Assembly (NCBI RefSeq): GCF_013365455.1 | Contig: NZ_CP046578.1 | Span: 750,001 to 782,000, forward strand | Origin: Wolbachia endosymbiont of Dirofilaria (Dirofilaria) immitis | GTDB lineage: Bacteria; Pseudomonadota; Alphaproteobacteria; Rickettsiales; Anaplasmataceae | Direction of reading: 5' to 3' | DNA length: 32,000 nt | Shown: positions 1-10,777 of the stretch, one piece after another | Numbering within the stretch: position 1 is the stretch's first letter | How the letters are laid out: the number at the start of each line of letters is the position of its first letter | Translations under genes and position numbers: made by a program | Notes under the pieces: generated by a model | Seen by the model: the letters and a program-made list of their open reading frames with translations, nothing else | What the model was told of the DNA's origin: nothing | Databases searched by the model: none

Positions 1-10
1 TGCAACAAAT

Positions 11-1813
11 ATGAATTGCTATAAAACTCATACGTGCGATGAATTAAGGAAAGGCGATATAGAAAAGGAAGTCACTCTTTCTGGATGGCTGTACCATAAG
101 CGTGACCATGGTAATCTAATCTTTATTGACTTGAGAGACTTTTATGGAATTACTCAGTTAGTATTTAATAATGACAAAGACTTTTTTGATGAAATTTCAA
201 ATTTAAAATCAGAGAGTGTAATTACTGTCACAGGAATAGTAAAAGCTAGAACTAAAGATACAGTAAATAGCTCTATCCCTACAGGAGAAATTGAGGTTAT
301 AGTTATTAATTTGCACATTGAATCGGAAGTCAAATTTCATTGTGATGAAGAAATAGCAAAAGAAGAAAAAAGCATATTAGCAAGTATTTCTGGCAAGCAA
401 GAATACTCAGAAAATATGAGGTTAAAATATCGGTTTCTTGATTTAAGGCGAGAAAAAGTTCGTAATAATATTATTTTACGCTCACAAATCATTGCAGAAC
501 TCCGCAGACTCATGATAGAACAAGGTTTTTTAGAAATCCAAACTCCAATACTTACTGCTTCATCTCCTGAAGGAGCACGTGATTATTTAGTACCAAGCAG
601 ACTAAACCCCGGTAAATTCTATGCATTACCACAAGCTCCACAAATTTTCAAGCAATTACTAATGGTGTCAGGGTTCGATAAATATTTTCAAATTGCACCA
701 TGTTTCCGTGATGAAGATACAAGGTCAGATCGCTCTCCTGGAGAATTTTACCAGCTAGATCTTGAAATGTCTTTTGTGACTCAGGAAGATATATTTCAGG
801 TCATTGAAACTACTTTATATAAAGTGTTCACTAAATTCTCTTGCAAGTCAGTTGACAAAAATTTCCCACGCCTCACATATAAAGAGGCAATGCTTAAATA
901 TGGATCTGATAAGCCAGATCTACGCAATCCATTATCAATTAGTGATGTTACAGAAGTTTTCCGTGATTCAGGGTTCAATATCTTCAAAAGCAATATTCAA
1001 CAAGGCATGGTAGTCAGAGCTATTCCCGCTCCTAAAACAGCAAGAAAGCCACGGAGCTTTTTTGATAAAAAGATAGAGCATGCGCAAAAAGAATTCGGAG
1101 CTAAAGGTCTTGGGTATATAACGTTTGATAAAGATGGTACTATAAAGGGACCAATCGCTAAATTCTTTAATGATAATAAGCTAAATCATATAAGAGAAGT
1201 AACAAATATAAAGCCTGGAGATAGCATATTCTTTGCTTCTGACAAAGAAAATGAAGCAGCAGTAATTGCAGGAAAAGTACGTACCCTTTTAGGATCAGAA
1301 TTAGGCCTAATAGATAAAAATGTTTTCAAATTCTGTTGGGTTATTGATTTTCCATATTTTATGTATGACAATAAAAATAAAAAAATCAACTTCTTTCATA
1401 ATCCATTTTCTATGCCGCATGGTGGCTTGAAAGATCTGGAGGAAAAAAATCCATTATATATTCTTGCTTACCAATATGATCTAGTTTGTAATGGAATAGA
1501 ATTATCAAGCGGAGCGATTCGCAATAATAAGCTAGATGTTATGTATAAAGCTTTTGCTATTTCAGGCTATAGTAAAGAAGAAGTAGATACAAAATTTAGT
1601 GCACTTGTGCGTGCATTTAGATTTGGGGTACCACCTCATGGTGGGATAGCACCAGGAGTTGATAGAATGGTCATGCTGCTTGCTGACGAGCCAAATATTC
1701 GTGAAGTAACCTGTTTCCCTATGAACCAACAAGGCGAAGATGTTTTAATGGGTGCTCCTTCTAAGATAAAAAGTGGACATTTACGTGAATTATTCTTGCA
1801 AGTTATTGATTGA
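11..1813 (+). CDS. aspS: aspartyl-tRNA synthetase (class IIb, bacterial type; possibly non-discriminating)
   Basis: 600-aa ORF from ATG at 11. It has the N-terminal anticodon-binding OB-fold signature [28 protein letters not shown]. Class II motif 2 is [22 protein letters not shown] and motif 3 is [14 protein letters not shown]. Length is typical of bacterial AspRS. Confidence 0.95.
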   Translation: MNCYKTHTCDELRKGDIEKEVTLSGWLYHKRDHGNLIFIDLRDFYGITQLVFNNDKDFFDEISNLKSESVITVTGIVKARTKDTVNSSIPTGEIEVIVINLHIESEVKFHCDEEIAKEEKSILASISGKQEYSENMRLKYRFLDLRREKVRNNIILRSQIIAELRRLMIEQGFLEIQTPILTASSPEGARDYLVPSRLNPGKFYALPQAPQIFKQLLMVSGFDKYFQIAPCFRDEDTRSDRSPGEFYQLDLEMSFVTQEDIFQVIETTLYKVFTKFSCKSVDKNFPRLTYKEAMLKYGSDKPDLRNPLSISDVTEVFRDSGFNIFKSNIQQGMVVRAIPAPKTARKPRSFFDKKIEHAQKEFGAKGLGYITFDKDGTIKGPIAKFFNDNKLNHIREVTNIKPGDSIFFASDKENEAAVIAGKVRTLLGSELGLIDKNVFKFCWVIDFPYFMYDNKNKKINFFHNPFSMPHGGLKDLEEKNPLYILAYQYDLVCNGIELSSGAIRNNKLDVMYKAFAISGYSKEEVDTKFSALVRAFRFGVPPHGGIAPGVDRMVMLLADEPNIREVTCFPMNQQGEDVLMGAPSKIKSGHLRELFLQVID

Positions 1814-1845
1814 CAGCACCGCAGATTATATTAAACTGAAAAAGT

Positions 1846-3111
1846 GTGAATAATATCCAAAAAGCAATAATATCAGGTATAATCTGCAATATGATTATAT
1901 GGTATGAATTGACTCTATTTGGAGTTTTGACACACATAATAAGTGATGTTCTCTTTTCATCAGAAAGTAGTGAATACGTAAAAAAAATTAAATTTCTTGG
2001 CAGTTTTGCAATTGGATTTGGATTCAGGCCACTTGGAGCATTTGTTTTTGGCTATATTGGAGATAAGTACGGCAGGAGAAAAATTTTACTGGCTTCTGTA
2101 ATATTAGCCTCAATATCATCTACTGCAATCGCAGTGATACCCAGCGCCAAAAAAATAGGAATATTTTCTCCCATATTACTTCTGTTTTGCAGAATAATAC
2201 AAGGAATGGCAACAGGTGGAGAAACAAGTATAAATTCAGCATTTCTAATAGAGCACTCAAGCGATAAAAAAAATCTAGGTTTTTTAGGTAGCATGAAGGC
2301 TTTCAGTGGCGCACTTGGTTCCATTACATGCTTTGTAATGATAGCTATTTGTAAAAAGCTTACAGGTGAAAATTATGAAGTTTGGGGTTGGAGATTGCTC
2401 TTCTACTTCTCCTCTATTATGGGTATAATAGGTTTTCTAATAAGATATATAATAGAGGAAAGCTTAGCATATAAAATGCACAGCCGAAATAAAGGCTTAT
2501 TTCATTCACCATTTCTAGAATTGCTCAAGAAATATAAAAGAGCATTTATGATAGCAATTGGGCTTGGCATTGCTCAGAATGCAATTGTTTATTCAACAAT
2601 CATGTTTTATAACATATCTGTAAAAGAGATTATCCTATCAGGCATCGATATCAAAAACGTAGTAAGGATCATGGTCGAAATTACATTTGGAGTGTCTGCA
2701 GTGTTGCTTGCAACACTATCTGATAAAGTTGGAAGAAAGAATGTGATGATTCCTACATTAATAATTTTAGCTTGTGTCAGTTTACTAGTCTTTCCGCTAT
2801 TATCATACAATAATCACTACATTGTAATGCTCACTTTTCTGTTGATAAGCATACCAATAGGTGCATCTTTTGGAATATATAATTCTCTTATTTGTGAATT
2901 ATTCCCAACAAAGGTTAGATGTACTGGTTTTAGTTTAGCTCACAACGTATCTGCAGGAGTCTTCGGCGGCATTTCTCCATCTATATGTATGTGGCTTATA
3001 GAAAAAACTGAAACAAAATTTGCATCAGGCATCTATCTTACTGCCTGCGCATTAATTAGCCTAGTATCTATACTTCAAATCAAAGACAAAGATAAAAAAG
3101 TCGATTGGTAA
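1846..3111 (+). CDS. MFS transporter of the metabolite:H+ symporter (MHS) family, ProP/KgtP-like
   Basis: 421-aa ORF with a GTG start 32 nt after the aspS stop and about 12 hydrophobic segments. FRPLGAFVFGYIGDKYGRRKILL (MFS motif A) and QGMATGGETS...WGWRLLFYF align well with my memory of E. coli ProP. It lacks the ProP C-terminal coiled coil, so the substrate is not assigned. Confidence 0.85.
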   Translation: MNNIQKAIISGIICNMIIWYELTLFGVLTHIISDVLFSSESSEYVKKIKFLGSFAIGFGFRPLGAFVFGYIGDKYGRRKILLASVILASISSTAIAVIPSAKKIGIFSPILLLFCRIIQGMATGGETSINSAFLIEHSSDKKNLGFLGSMKAFSGALGSITCFVMIAICKKLTGENYEVWGWRLLFYFSSIMGIIGFLIRYIIEESLAYKMHSRNKGLFHSPFLELLKKYKRAFMIAIGLGIAQNAIVYSTIMFYNISVKEIILSGIDIKNVVRIMVEITFGVSAVLLATLSDKVGRKNVMIPTLIILACVSLLVFPLLSYNNHYIVMLTFLLISIPIGASFGIYNSLICELFPTKVRCTGFSLAHNVSAGVFGGISPSICMWLIEKTETKFASGIYLTACALISLVSILQIKDKDKKVDW

Positions 3112-3180
3112 AATCTTTCTTTTGACAAGGTTTTTCATATTTTAACCACACTCTAGCTGCCATATACCCGGTTACAGCGC

Positions 3181-3209
3181 TGTGCCAATTCTATAATTTT
3201 ATTGGCACA
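3181..3209. terminator. hairpin between convergent transporter and infC genes; possible bidirectional terminator
   Basis: The arms tgtgccaat (3181-3189) and attggcaca (3201-3209) are perfect reverse complements, giving a 9-bp stem and an 11-nt loop. It lies in the 162-nt gap between two convergent stop codons. There is no clean U-tract on either side, and a 9-bp repeat is expected by chance at this AT content. Confidence 0.25.
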
Positions 3210-3273
3210 ATGAAAATTGTTTTACTAACTTAAGTAAAAATCATTAAATAGTTTTAGTAGACAACAAGTTTTG

Positions 3274-3783
3274 CTATTTAGCAACCAGAACTAAAAAATA
3301 TTGATTCCCCTCTTGTTTAGGAGCTAATTCTACTTTAGCAATATCTCCAGTATCTCTAATCAACCGTTCTAATTTCTCCAGACCAACTTCAGTGTTTATT
3401 AGCTCTCTACCTCTAAACTTCATTGTAATTTTGATCCTGTGTCCATGTGTAAGAAAATCTCTTGCTTGACGTAATTTTGTTTCATAGTCATGATCGCTAA
3501 TATTAGGGCCCAGCTTAATTTCTTTTATAGCTAATATCTTCTGTTTCTTTTTTGCTTCACTTGCTTTCTTTTTTGCATTATACCTTTGCTTACTGTAATC
3601 TAAGATTTTACATACTGGAGGAGCTGAATCAGGAACAATTTCTACTAAATCTAAACTGACATTCTGTGCAGACTCCAAAGCTTGTTCTATTGCCATGATT
3701 CCAACCATATTGCCATTCTGATCAACCAGACGTACCTCTTTAGCCGTAATAAACTTATTAATCCTGTTTTTTTTAATTTGCAA
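3274..3783 (-). CDS. infC: translation initiation factor IF-3
   Basis: 169-aa ORF. NRINKFITAKEVRLVDQNGNMVGIM...LDLVEIVPDSAPPVCKILDYSKQRY matches the conserved IF3 N-domain and linker, and the C-domain is KEIKLGPNISDHDYETKLRQARDFL...KITMKFRGRE. The start is TTG at 3783-3781. An in-frame TAA at 3789-3787 excludes any upstream start, and the first ATG falls inside the conserved N-domain. Confidence 0.93.
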   Translation of the reverse strand: MQIKKNRINKFITAKEVRLVDQNGNMVGIMAIEQALESAQNVSLDLVEIVPDSAPPVCKILDYSKQRYNAKKKASEAKKKQKILAIKEIKLGPNISDHDYETKLRQARDFLTHGHRIKITMKFRGRELINTEVGLEKLERLIRDTGDIAKVELAPKQEGNQYFLVLVAK

Positions 3784-3790
3784 ACTTTAA

Positions 3791-3795
3791 CTCCC
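3791..3795 (-). promoter_or_regulatory. Shine-Dalgarno element for infC
   Basis: The minus strand reads TAA(thrS stop)-GGGAG-ttaaagt-TTG. GGGAG sits 7 nt upstream of the only possible infC start region. Confidence 0.5.
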
Positions 3796-5697
3796 TTAAC
3801 CCAAGTTAATACCTTTTAGTAGAAGCTCAGCAGCTTTTTCATAAGAAAAAGACTCTTGCCTCTCTGACCCTAAATTTCTCACTGACACAGTTTTACTTGC
3901 AACCTCATTCTTGCCTATAATCCATAATATAGGCACCTTGTTCAAACTATGCAAGCGTATTTTATGACTAATTTTTTCACTAGTTAAATTCATTTTAACC
4001 CTAACACCTTGTTTTTTTAAAACGCCGCTAATTTCTGTAGCATAGTTGTCAACTTCATTTGTGACGGTTAGAATAGCAAGTTGCGTTGGAGCAAGCCATA
4101 ATGGAAATTTTCCTGCATAGTGCTCTATTAGAACCCCAATAAAACGTTCAAAAGTTCCAAGAATTGCTCTGTGCAACATAACAGGATGATGCTTTTGCCC
4201 GTCTGTTCCTATATAAAAGGCTCCAAGACGTTCTGGTAAAATAAAATCCACTTGCAGCGTTCCACACTGCCAATTTCTACCTATTGCATCTTTTAGAGCA
4301 AACTCTAACTTTGGGCCATAAAATGCACCTTCACCTGGGTTGATTTCATAACTTAAACCTGTTTTCTTGACAGCTTCGAGCAGAGCTTTTTCAGCCCTAT
4401 TCCACACTTCATCACTTCCTGCTCTAATATTAGGACGGTCTGAGAATTTTACAGAAACTTCGTTGAATCCAAGCTCTGAGTATACTTCCTTCAAAAGATC
4501 ACAAAATTTTACAGTTTCAGAATTGACTTGTTCTTCCATACAAAAAATGTGCGCATCATCTTGTGTAAACCCACGCACTCGCATCAGCCCATGCAATGAA
4601 CCTGAGCTTTCATTCCTATGACACGTACCAAACTCCGCTATACGTATTGGTAAATCACGATAGCTTCTAGTGCAAGAGTTAAAAATCTGTACATGACAAG
4701 GACAACTCATGGGTTTTATCGCTAGTTTTTCATTCTTAAGCCCATCAACAACAAACATACTTTCACGAAACTTATCCCAATGCCCAGATTTTTCCCATAG
4801 TCCCCTACCTACTAGAACAGGAGTCCTTACTTCAAAATAACCATTATCTACTAATTTTTTTCTTATATAAGACTCAAGAATGTTATATAAGATATACCCT
4901 TGTTCATGCCAAAAAATTTGCCCTACAGCTTCCTCTTGAATATGAAATAAGTCCATGTCTTTAGCGATTTTACGATGGTCGCGTTTTTCTGCTTCTTCTA
5001 GACATTCAAGATAAGTATTTAATTCATTCTTATTTCTCCACGCAGTACCATATATTCGTTGCAACATCGGACCATTGGAATCACCACGCCAGTATGCTCC
5101 TGCAACTTTCATAAGTTTAAATGCTCGAACTCTACCAGTTGAAGGAGAGTGTGGACCACGGCATAAGTCAACAAAACCTCCTTGCCTATAAATAGTTAGA
5201 TCTTCATTTTCTGGTATGCAAGAAATAATATCAATCTTATATTTTTCGCCTATACTACTAAAAAAATCAATTGCTTGCTCACGAGCCCAGACTTCTCGGA
5301 AAAATCTATAATTACTTTTTATAATTCCTTTCATTTTTTCTTCTATTATGGTAAGATCATCCATAGTAAAAGTATGATCCGTAGCAAAATCATAGTAGAA
5401 GCCATCTTTAATTATTGGACCAATAGTAACTTGAGTATTAGGAAAAAGTTCCTTCACCGCTTGAGCCATTATATGAGCAGCATCATGCCTTATTATATCT
5501 AGAGCTACCTCATCACCGAACTGTATTACCTCTATCTCCGTACCAGATTCAATTTCACGTGAAAGGTCACACAACTCACCATTTATCCTTAAAGCAATAG
5601 CTTCTTTCAAAACATCTAGTTGCAATAGATCAAAAATAGTAACTATATTACTATATTTTTCTACTTTTTCTCCAGGTGAAAAGGTAATCTTTATCAT
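3796..5697 (-). CDS. thrS: threonyl-tRNA synthetase
   Basis: N-terminal TGS domain, editing-domain motif [12 protein letters not shown], and class II motifs including [27 protein letters not shown]. The ORF track begins at TTG 5700, but the next codon is ATG (5697-5695), which I take as the start (633 aa). Confidence 0.95.
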   Translation of the reverse strand: MIKITFSPGEKVEKYSNIVTIFDLLQLDVLKEAIALRINGELCDLSREIESGTEIEVIQFGDEVALDIIRHDAAHIMAQAVKELFPNTQVTIGPIIKDGFYYDFATDHTFTMDDLTIIEEKMKGIIKSNYRFFREVWAREQAIDFFSSIGEKYKIDIISCIPENEDLTIYRQGGFVDLCRGPHSPSTGRVRAFKLMKVAGAYWRGDSNGPMLQRIYGTAWRNKNELNTYLECLEEAEKRDHRKIAKDMDLFHIQEEAVGQIFWHEQGYILYNILESYIRKKLVDNGYFEVRTPVLVGRGLWEKSGHWDKFRESMFVVDGLKNEKLAIKPMSCPCHVQIFNSCTRSYRDLPIRIAEFGTCHRNESSGSLHGLMRVRGFTQDDAHIFCMEEQVNSETVKFCDLLKEVYSELGFNEVSVKFSDRPNIRAGSDEVWNRAEKALLEAVKKTGLSYEINPGEGAFYGPKLEFALKDAIGRNWQCGTLQVDFILPERLGAFYIGTDGQKHHPVMLHRAILGTFERFIGVLIEHYAGKFPLWLAPTQLAILTVTNEVDNYATEISGVLKKQGVRVKMNLTSEKISHKIRLHSLNKVPILWIIGKNEVASKTVSVRNLGSERQESFSYEKAAELLLKGINLG

Positions 5698-5702
5698 CAA
5701 TT

Positions 5703-6185
5703 TTAATAATAAGGCTTATTCTTTTTTAACCTAACTTCAATTGCTTTTTCCCAAATCTCACCATTACGCAATAATTTCTCCTTATTATATATTAGTTCCT
5801 TTTTTGTTTCTGTTGCAAATTCAAAATTAGGACCCTCAACAATTGCATCAACTGGACATGCCTCTTGGCAAAGCCCACAATATATACACTTTGTCATATC
5901 AATATCATAACGTGTAGTGTAACGGCTACCATCCTCTCTTTCTTCCGCTTCAATAACTATTGCTTGAGCAGGACAGATAACTTCACATAACTTACAAGCT
6001 ATACACCGCTCTTTACCATTTGAATACCTGCGCAATGCATGTTCACCACGAAACCTTGGACTCAGATGGCCTTTCTCCATAGGATACCTTAGCGTAACCT
6101 TCGGCTTAAACATATACTTCAATGTAACAGCAAACCCCTTAATTAATTCTACAAAGAACCAATACCAGACTAATTTTTTGAACAT
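5703..6185 (-). CDS. nuoI: NADH-quinone oxidoreductase subunit I (2x[4Fe-4S] ferredoxin-like subunit)
   Basis: 160 aa with two CxxCxxCxxxCP cluster motifs ([12 protein letters not shown] and [12 protein letters not shown]). The N-terminus [33 protein letters not shown] is typical of alphaproteobacterial and mitochondrial TYKY-type NuoI. Confidence 0.93.
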   Translation of the reverse strand: MFKKLVWYWFFVELIKGFAVTLKYMFKPKVTLRYPMEKGHLSPRFRGEHALRRYSNGKERCIACKLCEVICPAQAIVIEAEEREDGSRYTTRYDIDMTKCIYCGLCQEACPVDAIVEGPNFEFATETKKELIYNKEKLLRNGEIWEKAIEVRLKKNKPYY

Positions 6186-6255
6186 AAAACATCCAAGACT
6201 TATGCAAGTGATTATAAATCATATTATCAGTTTTCAAAAGGCCTTTTTTCCTGTA

Positions 6256-7059
6256 TCAACTGTGAATTACATTCGAATCAATGACCTTCATTCCTACTAC
6301 ATTATACCCTGAGTCAACATGCAGAATTTCCCCAGTGGTACCACTACTTAAGTCACTCAGTAAGTACAATGCTGCTTTCCCAACATCCTCTATTGTAGTG
6401 TTACGTCTCAATGGAGAATTGCTTCTGTTCCATTTCGATATGAAACAGAAATTGCTTACCCCAGAAGATGCTAAAGTTCTGATTGGACCAGCAGAAATAG
6501 CGTTGACCCTAATGTTCTGTGGTCCTAAATCACATGCTAGATACCTCACACTTGCCTCAAGTGCTGCTTTACACAAGCCCATGACATTATAATTTGGTAT
6601 AACTTTTTCAGCACCATAGTAAGATAAAGTAAGTAGACTACCGACATTTGGCATCATTTTTTCAGCTCTTTGCGCCAAAGCAGTAAAAGAATAGCACGAT
6701 ATATGCATTGCATTAAGGAAGTTGCTTAATGAAGTATTAACATACTTACTATTTAATTCACTTTTATCAGAAAATGCAATTGCATGTACCAAAAAATCAA
6801 GAGTGCCCCACTTTTTTTTTATTACTTCGAAAACACTATCTATAGTTCCTTCATTTGTAACATCACAACTCAGTACTAACTCTACATTTAGTTCAGTTGC
6901 TATCGGTAATAATCTCTCCTTTATCGTTTCATTTTGGTAGGTAATTGCAAGTCCTGCTCCGTGCTCTGATAGGGTTTTTGCTATGCCATAAGCTATTGAT
7001 CTCTTATTTATTATTCCAGTTATTAACCCCCTTTTGCCTTTTAATAAAGTCGTTGTCAT
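6256..7059 (-). CDS. fabI: enoyl-[acyl-carrier-protein] reductase (NADH), FabI
   Basis: 267 aa. The N-terminus GKRGLITGIINKRSIAYGIAKTL is the FabI-type Rossmann motif. The catalytic region is SYYGAEKVIPNYNVMGLCKAALEASVRYLA (Y-x6-K), followed by RVNAISAGPIRTLA. Confidence 0.93.
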   Translation of the reverse strand: MTTTLLKGKRGLITGIINKRSIAYGIAKTLSEHGAGLAITYQNETIKERLLPIATELNVELVLSCDVTNEGTIDSVFEVIKKKWGTLDFLVHAIAFSDKSELNSKYVNTSLSNFLNAMHISCYSFTALAQRAEKMMPNVGSLLTLSYYGAEKVIPNYNVMGLCKAALEASVRYLACDLGPQNIRVNAISAGPIRTLASSGVSNFCFISKWNRSNSPLRRNTTIEDVGKAALYLLSDLSSGTTGEILHVDSGYNVVGMKVIDSNVIHS

Positions 7060-7297
7060 AGAACCATTTATTTTTTATAATTTGGAATACTAATTAAGCA
7101 AAGTCAAGGTGTTAACTATGTCCAAAAATAACTTCTGAAGCCAAAGTGATACACCAAATCTTATAGTTAGATATGAGTTTTCAGTAAAAAATGAAAAGAC
7201 AAAAGCTTCAAGTTTTCCTTAGGTTATACAAAAATAATAAACCCCTTTATTTAGAACTGAAGTTTTGCTATCTTCACATTTTAATAATTTAAAATTA

Positions 7298-8935
7298 ATG
7301 AATATAAACAAAAACGAATTTTTATTCCTTCCACTCGGAGGAGTAGGCAGAATTGGAATGAACGTTAGCCTATATCACTGCCAAGGAAAGTGGATCATGA
7401 TTGATCTTGGTATTGGTTTTGCTGATGACGAAACTATGCCAGGTATTGAACTGCTCATTGCTGACATAAGCTTCATTTCTCAAAGAAAAAATGACTTACT
7501 TGGAATAATAATCACACATGCACATGAAGACCACTGTGGTGCAGTGCCTTATTTATGGAAAGAATTACAATGTCCTATATATGCAACAAATTTTACAGTT
7601 AACTTCCTCAAGGAGAAACTAAAGGAGTTTCAATTAGAAAGTATGGTGCCTGTGAAAGAAGTAGACATAAACGGTAGCATAAATTTAGGTCCTTTCATTG
7701 TTGAGTTTATCAATGTAACTCATTCAATCCCTGAGGCACATTCAATATTAATTAGCACTAGCATAGGTAGTGTGTTCCATACTGGCGATTGGAAATTTGA
7801 CCCAAAACCTATTATTGGATTAACCTCTAATATAGGTCGTTTAAAAGAAATTGGCAATAAAGGTAATTTACTTGCGGCAATTTGTGATTCAACAAACATA
7901 TTGAGTAGACGTGATCCTGAATCAGAAGGTAAAATTTATAATAATATTTACAACATAACAAGGCAGTCTAAAAAGTTGGTAGTCGTATCGCTCTTCGCTT
8001 CAAATGTGGCGCGAATTGAAACAATAAGCCAGGTTGCAAAGTCACTAGATAGAAAAGTGGTTTTGCTTGGTAGATCTTTGTGGAGAATAGTAAAAGTTGC
8101 ACAAGACAGTGGTTATTTAATCGATTCTGTTCACTTTTTCGAAGCAAAAGACGTGGTAGATTCGCCAAGAGAAAAGCTATTATTAATTTGCACTGGCTGT
8201 CAAGGCGAACCAACGTCAGCAACTTCAAAACTTGCCTATAAGAGGCATCATGTATTTAAAATGCAACATGGTGATACAATGATCCTTTCATCAAAAATCA
8301 TTCCTGGAAATGAAACTCGTACACATAATATGCTCAATGCTTTTATTGAGATGGGCGTAGAAGTTATTACTGAAAAAACAGAGGACATCCATGCTTCTGG
8401 ACATCCAATGAAAGCAGAACTAAGGGAAATGTACTCTTTAATAAAACCTAAAATATCTATTCCAGTCCATGGCGAGTATATTCATACTCACGCACACGCA
8501 AAATTTGCTAAGGAGTGTGGTGTAGAAAAAGCAATAATGATTGCACCAGGTGATATTGTTAATTTAGAGAATGGAGAAAAAATTGATTCAATTGATGTCG
8601 ATTACTTCGGCATTGATGGTACATTGCTACGTTATCCAGAGAGCAGTGTTATAAAAATGCGTAAGAGAATGAGGGATGCAGGAGCTATTATAGTAACAGC
8701 AGTCGTTAACAGGAAAAATAGATTGCTAGTTAAACCAAAAGTATTTGCACCTGGTATCTTCGAAGCAACAGAAGATGCAGCTATCATACAAAGAATCATA
8801 AAAGCAGTTGAGTTAGCATTTAGCTTGCAATCAACAAGAAAAATAAGAAGTAAGATTGAGAGTTCAATATTTTCTATCTTAAAAGAATACTTACTGAAAA
8901 GACCTATAATTAAAGTACAAATAGAACAGGTATAA
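7298..8935 (+). CDS. rnj: ribonuclease J (metallo-beta-lactamase / beta-CASP family RNase)
   Basis: Beta-lactamase motif ITHAHEDHCGAVPYL (HxHxDH), a downstream HTGDWKFD motif, and C-terminal HASGHPMKAEL and IPVHGE motifs, as in RNase J. The ORF track starts at TTG 7265. ATG 7298 gives MNINKNEFLFLPLGGVGRIGMN, matching typical RNase J N-termini, so I prefer it. Confidence 0.88.
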   Translation: MNINKNEFLFLPLGGVGRIGMNVSLYHCQGKWIMIDLGIGFADDETMPGIELLIADISFISQRKNDLLGIIITHAHEDHCGAVPYLWKELQCPIYATNFTVNFLKEKLKEFQLESMVPVKEVDINGSINLGPFIVEFINVTHSIPEAHSILISTSIGSVFHTGDWKFDPKPIIGLTSNIGRLKEIGNKGNLLAAICDSTNILSRRDPESEGKIYNNIYNITRQSKKLVVVSLFASNVARIETISQVAKSLDRKVVLLGRSLWRIVKVAQDSGYLIDSVHFFEAKDVVDSPREKLLLICTGCQGEPTSATSKLAYKRHHVFKMQHGDTMILSSKIIPGNETRTHNMLNAFIEMGVEVITEKTEDIHASGHPMKAELREMYSLIKPKISIPVHGEYIHTHAHAKFAKECGVEKAIMIAPGDIVNLENGEKIDSIDVDYFGIDGTLLRYPESSVIKMRKRMRDAGAIIVTAVVNRKNRLLVKPKVFAPGIFEATEDAAIIQRIIKAVELAFSLQSTRKIRSKIESSIFSILKEYLLKRPIIKVQIEQV

Positions 8936-10777
8936 AATATAAATGAAGTAACTTGTTCAGAGCTAATATCACTTCTTTCGTTATTTTTTGCCTTATCTCA
9001 CTAAAACTACTTTGCATAGATATGAGAAAAGCAATGTTAGTAGCCATAAGCCTATTGTATCTAAGTATACATTTAACAAGTCTAAAAAGTGAGCTAAGCG
9101 AAAATATTGCAAAAACAGCTGAGATAAATTTATCTAACTATAGCTTACTTCATTATGTAGCACATGATACAGAAACTTGAAACTATGCTATCCAAGCCTT
9201 AAAAAGATAAGGCACCAGTCACAAATCTTACAATCAGTTTAAGCTAACAAGATAGAATCTTAGAATCATCATTTCATTTGTTTGACACTACCATAAAAAG
9301 AAGCTGTTTATTCAGTCAGTTATTTTTCCAGCAAAAAAAACAGGAGAAAAATCAGTCATCTAATTTCAGACATAACATATGATAAACTAAAGCGAGAGGC
9401 ACTTCAATATAAAGATAATGCACATATTGCTGAAGAAAAAGATAGTGATTATAGATCAATACGTAAAATAACCTATGAATCAAAATGAAAGTAATATAAA
9501 ATACTTAACAAATAGCGGTAAATTTGTAAGATATCTAGATTTTCGCTAAATAGAATAGTTAAATACGTTTAGTAATTATTCCTGTTCTGAGATTTCTTTC
9601 TAATAGTAAATCTACTTTAATCCCCCCATTCATTTTGATGGCAAAACTAATCACCTTTAAGATTTAAGCAGTAAGCATACAAAAAAAATTACTAGAAATT
9701 TAGCTATAAATACTTCTCCTTACTTTTATCTAGACCAGAAATATGGCCTTCAGTTCTAATGTAAGTGGAAGTCAACAATTATATATCATCAATTTTACTA
9801 AAAAAGTAAAAAACCGAGGAGAATTAGTTTGGCAACGAGAAATACACTATACCTGCTTAGTCTTCAAAAGGAGATTTTGTAGCCTTTACAAAAATTCAAT
9901 CAGGATTTCACATAGGGATTATAAAGCCATATACAAAAAAAGAACACCTTCTTTAGAAAAGAGATAAAATTGAACCCACAGACAGCATAGCTACCAAACA
10001 ACAGAGTGATTATTTTATAAGGATAGAATCACTTAAGCACAAGCTTATAATTTAGTAAAAAAAATCTCAAAATAATTTTTATACTACAAATGCCTATAAA
10101 TCAGATTGGCCTTATTTAAAACTACCAATTGCTGATTCAGCCTTTCCTGAAAAGGAGAGGATGACGGTAATAATAAAGAGTAATGCAGACAATATTAGCC
10201 ATTTACTCTTATTTCACCTGCAAGTTGATATATAACGAGCATATAACTCTTTCCCACTTTCCAACTTAAAGGTATATAAACTTGTATTTACAGTATTATC
10301 ATATCTAGTATTTATAGTGCGTGATTCAACTTCTGCAGTTAGGCACTTGCAAAAAATACAGTAGCTAACACGCTAAGCATTAGCTGTTGTCCTATAATTA
10401 GGAAGAATCAGCAGGCAGCAGTAATCATCAATATAATTAAAGATTAACCTCATAAGCATAGCCAATTTTTAGCAAATCTTTCAATGATAAAATAGTACTC
10501 TTATATCCTAACCACTAGCTTTAATACAACTCTTACTCTCATTAAAAAAACTACACCCATGAGACCAGGACAATGAGCAATAATAAAAACCTTTCACTGG
10601 TTTAATTAAAATTTACAGACTCACTTTAATTTTTATTGTAAGTTTTTACAGAGTATGTATCCTTAGCAAATTAGTAACAATAAAATATATTCTATACAGT
10701 AACTTTATCAAATCAATAAGCAAACGTAAAATATCTTCGTTTTAGCATTATTGATTCACTTAGAGTTTTAAATAGTC

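Noticed and set aside
796-1389. ORFs 796-993 (-), 804-1013 (+) and 1186-1389 (-) inside aspS
   Set aside because: They are alternative-frame or antisense shadows wholly within a well-supported 600-aa AspRS ORF. They have no recognisable motifs and low-complexity, hydrophobic composition.
2052-2810. ORFs 2052-2324 (-) and 2607-2810 (-) antisense to the MHS transporter
   Set aside because: These are shadow ORFs opposite a membrane-protein gene, with no independent support.
4367-5502. ORFs 4367-4621 (+) and 5275-5502 (+) antisense to thrS
   Set aside because: These are shadow ORFs. The thrS frame carries all the conserved class II synthetase motifs.
6281-6940. ORFs 6281-6592 (+) and 6722-6940 (+) antisense to fabI, and by the same logic 7968-8228 (-) antisense to RNase J
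   Set aside because: These are shadow ORFs opposite strongly supported genes.
8953-9180. 75-aa ORF after RNase J. An internal ATG at 9022 would give MRKAMLVAISLLYLSIHL..., which looks like a signal peptide.
   Set aside because: It has no SD, no recognisable domain, and a short length that is easily produced by chance. It may be real, but I cannot support it from sequence alone.
9743-9967. 74-aa basic ORF in the rnj-nuoF spacer
   Set aside because: It has no motif, and its highly basic, low-complexity composition is typical of random AT-rich ORFs.
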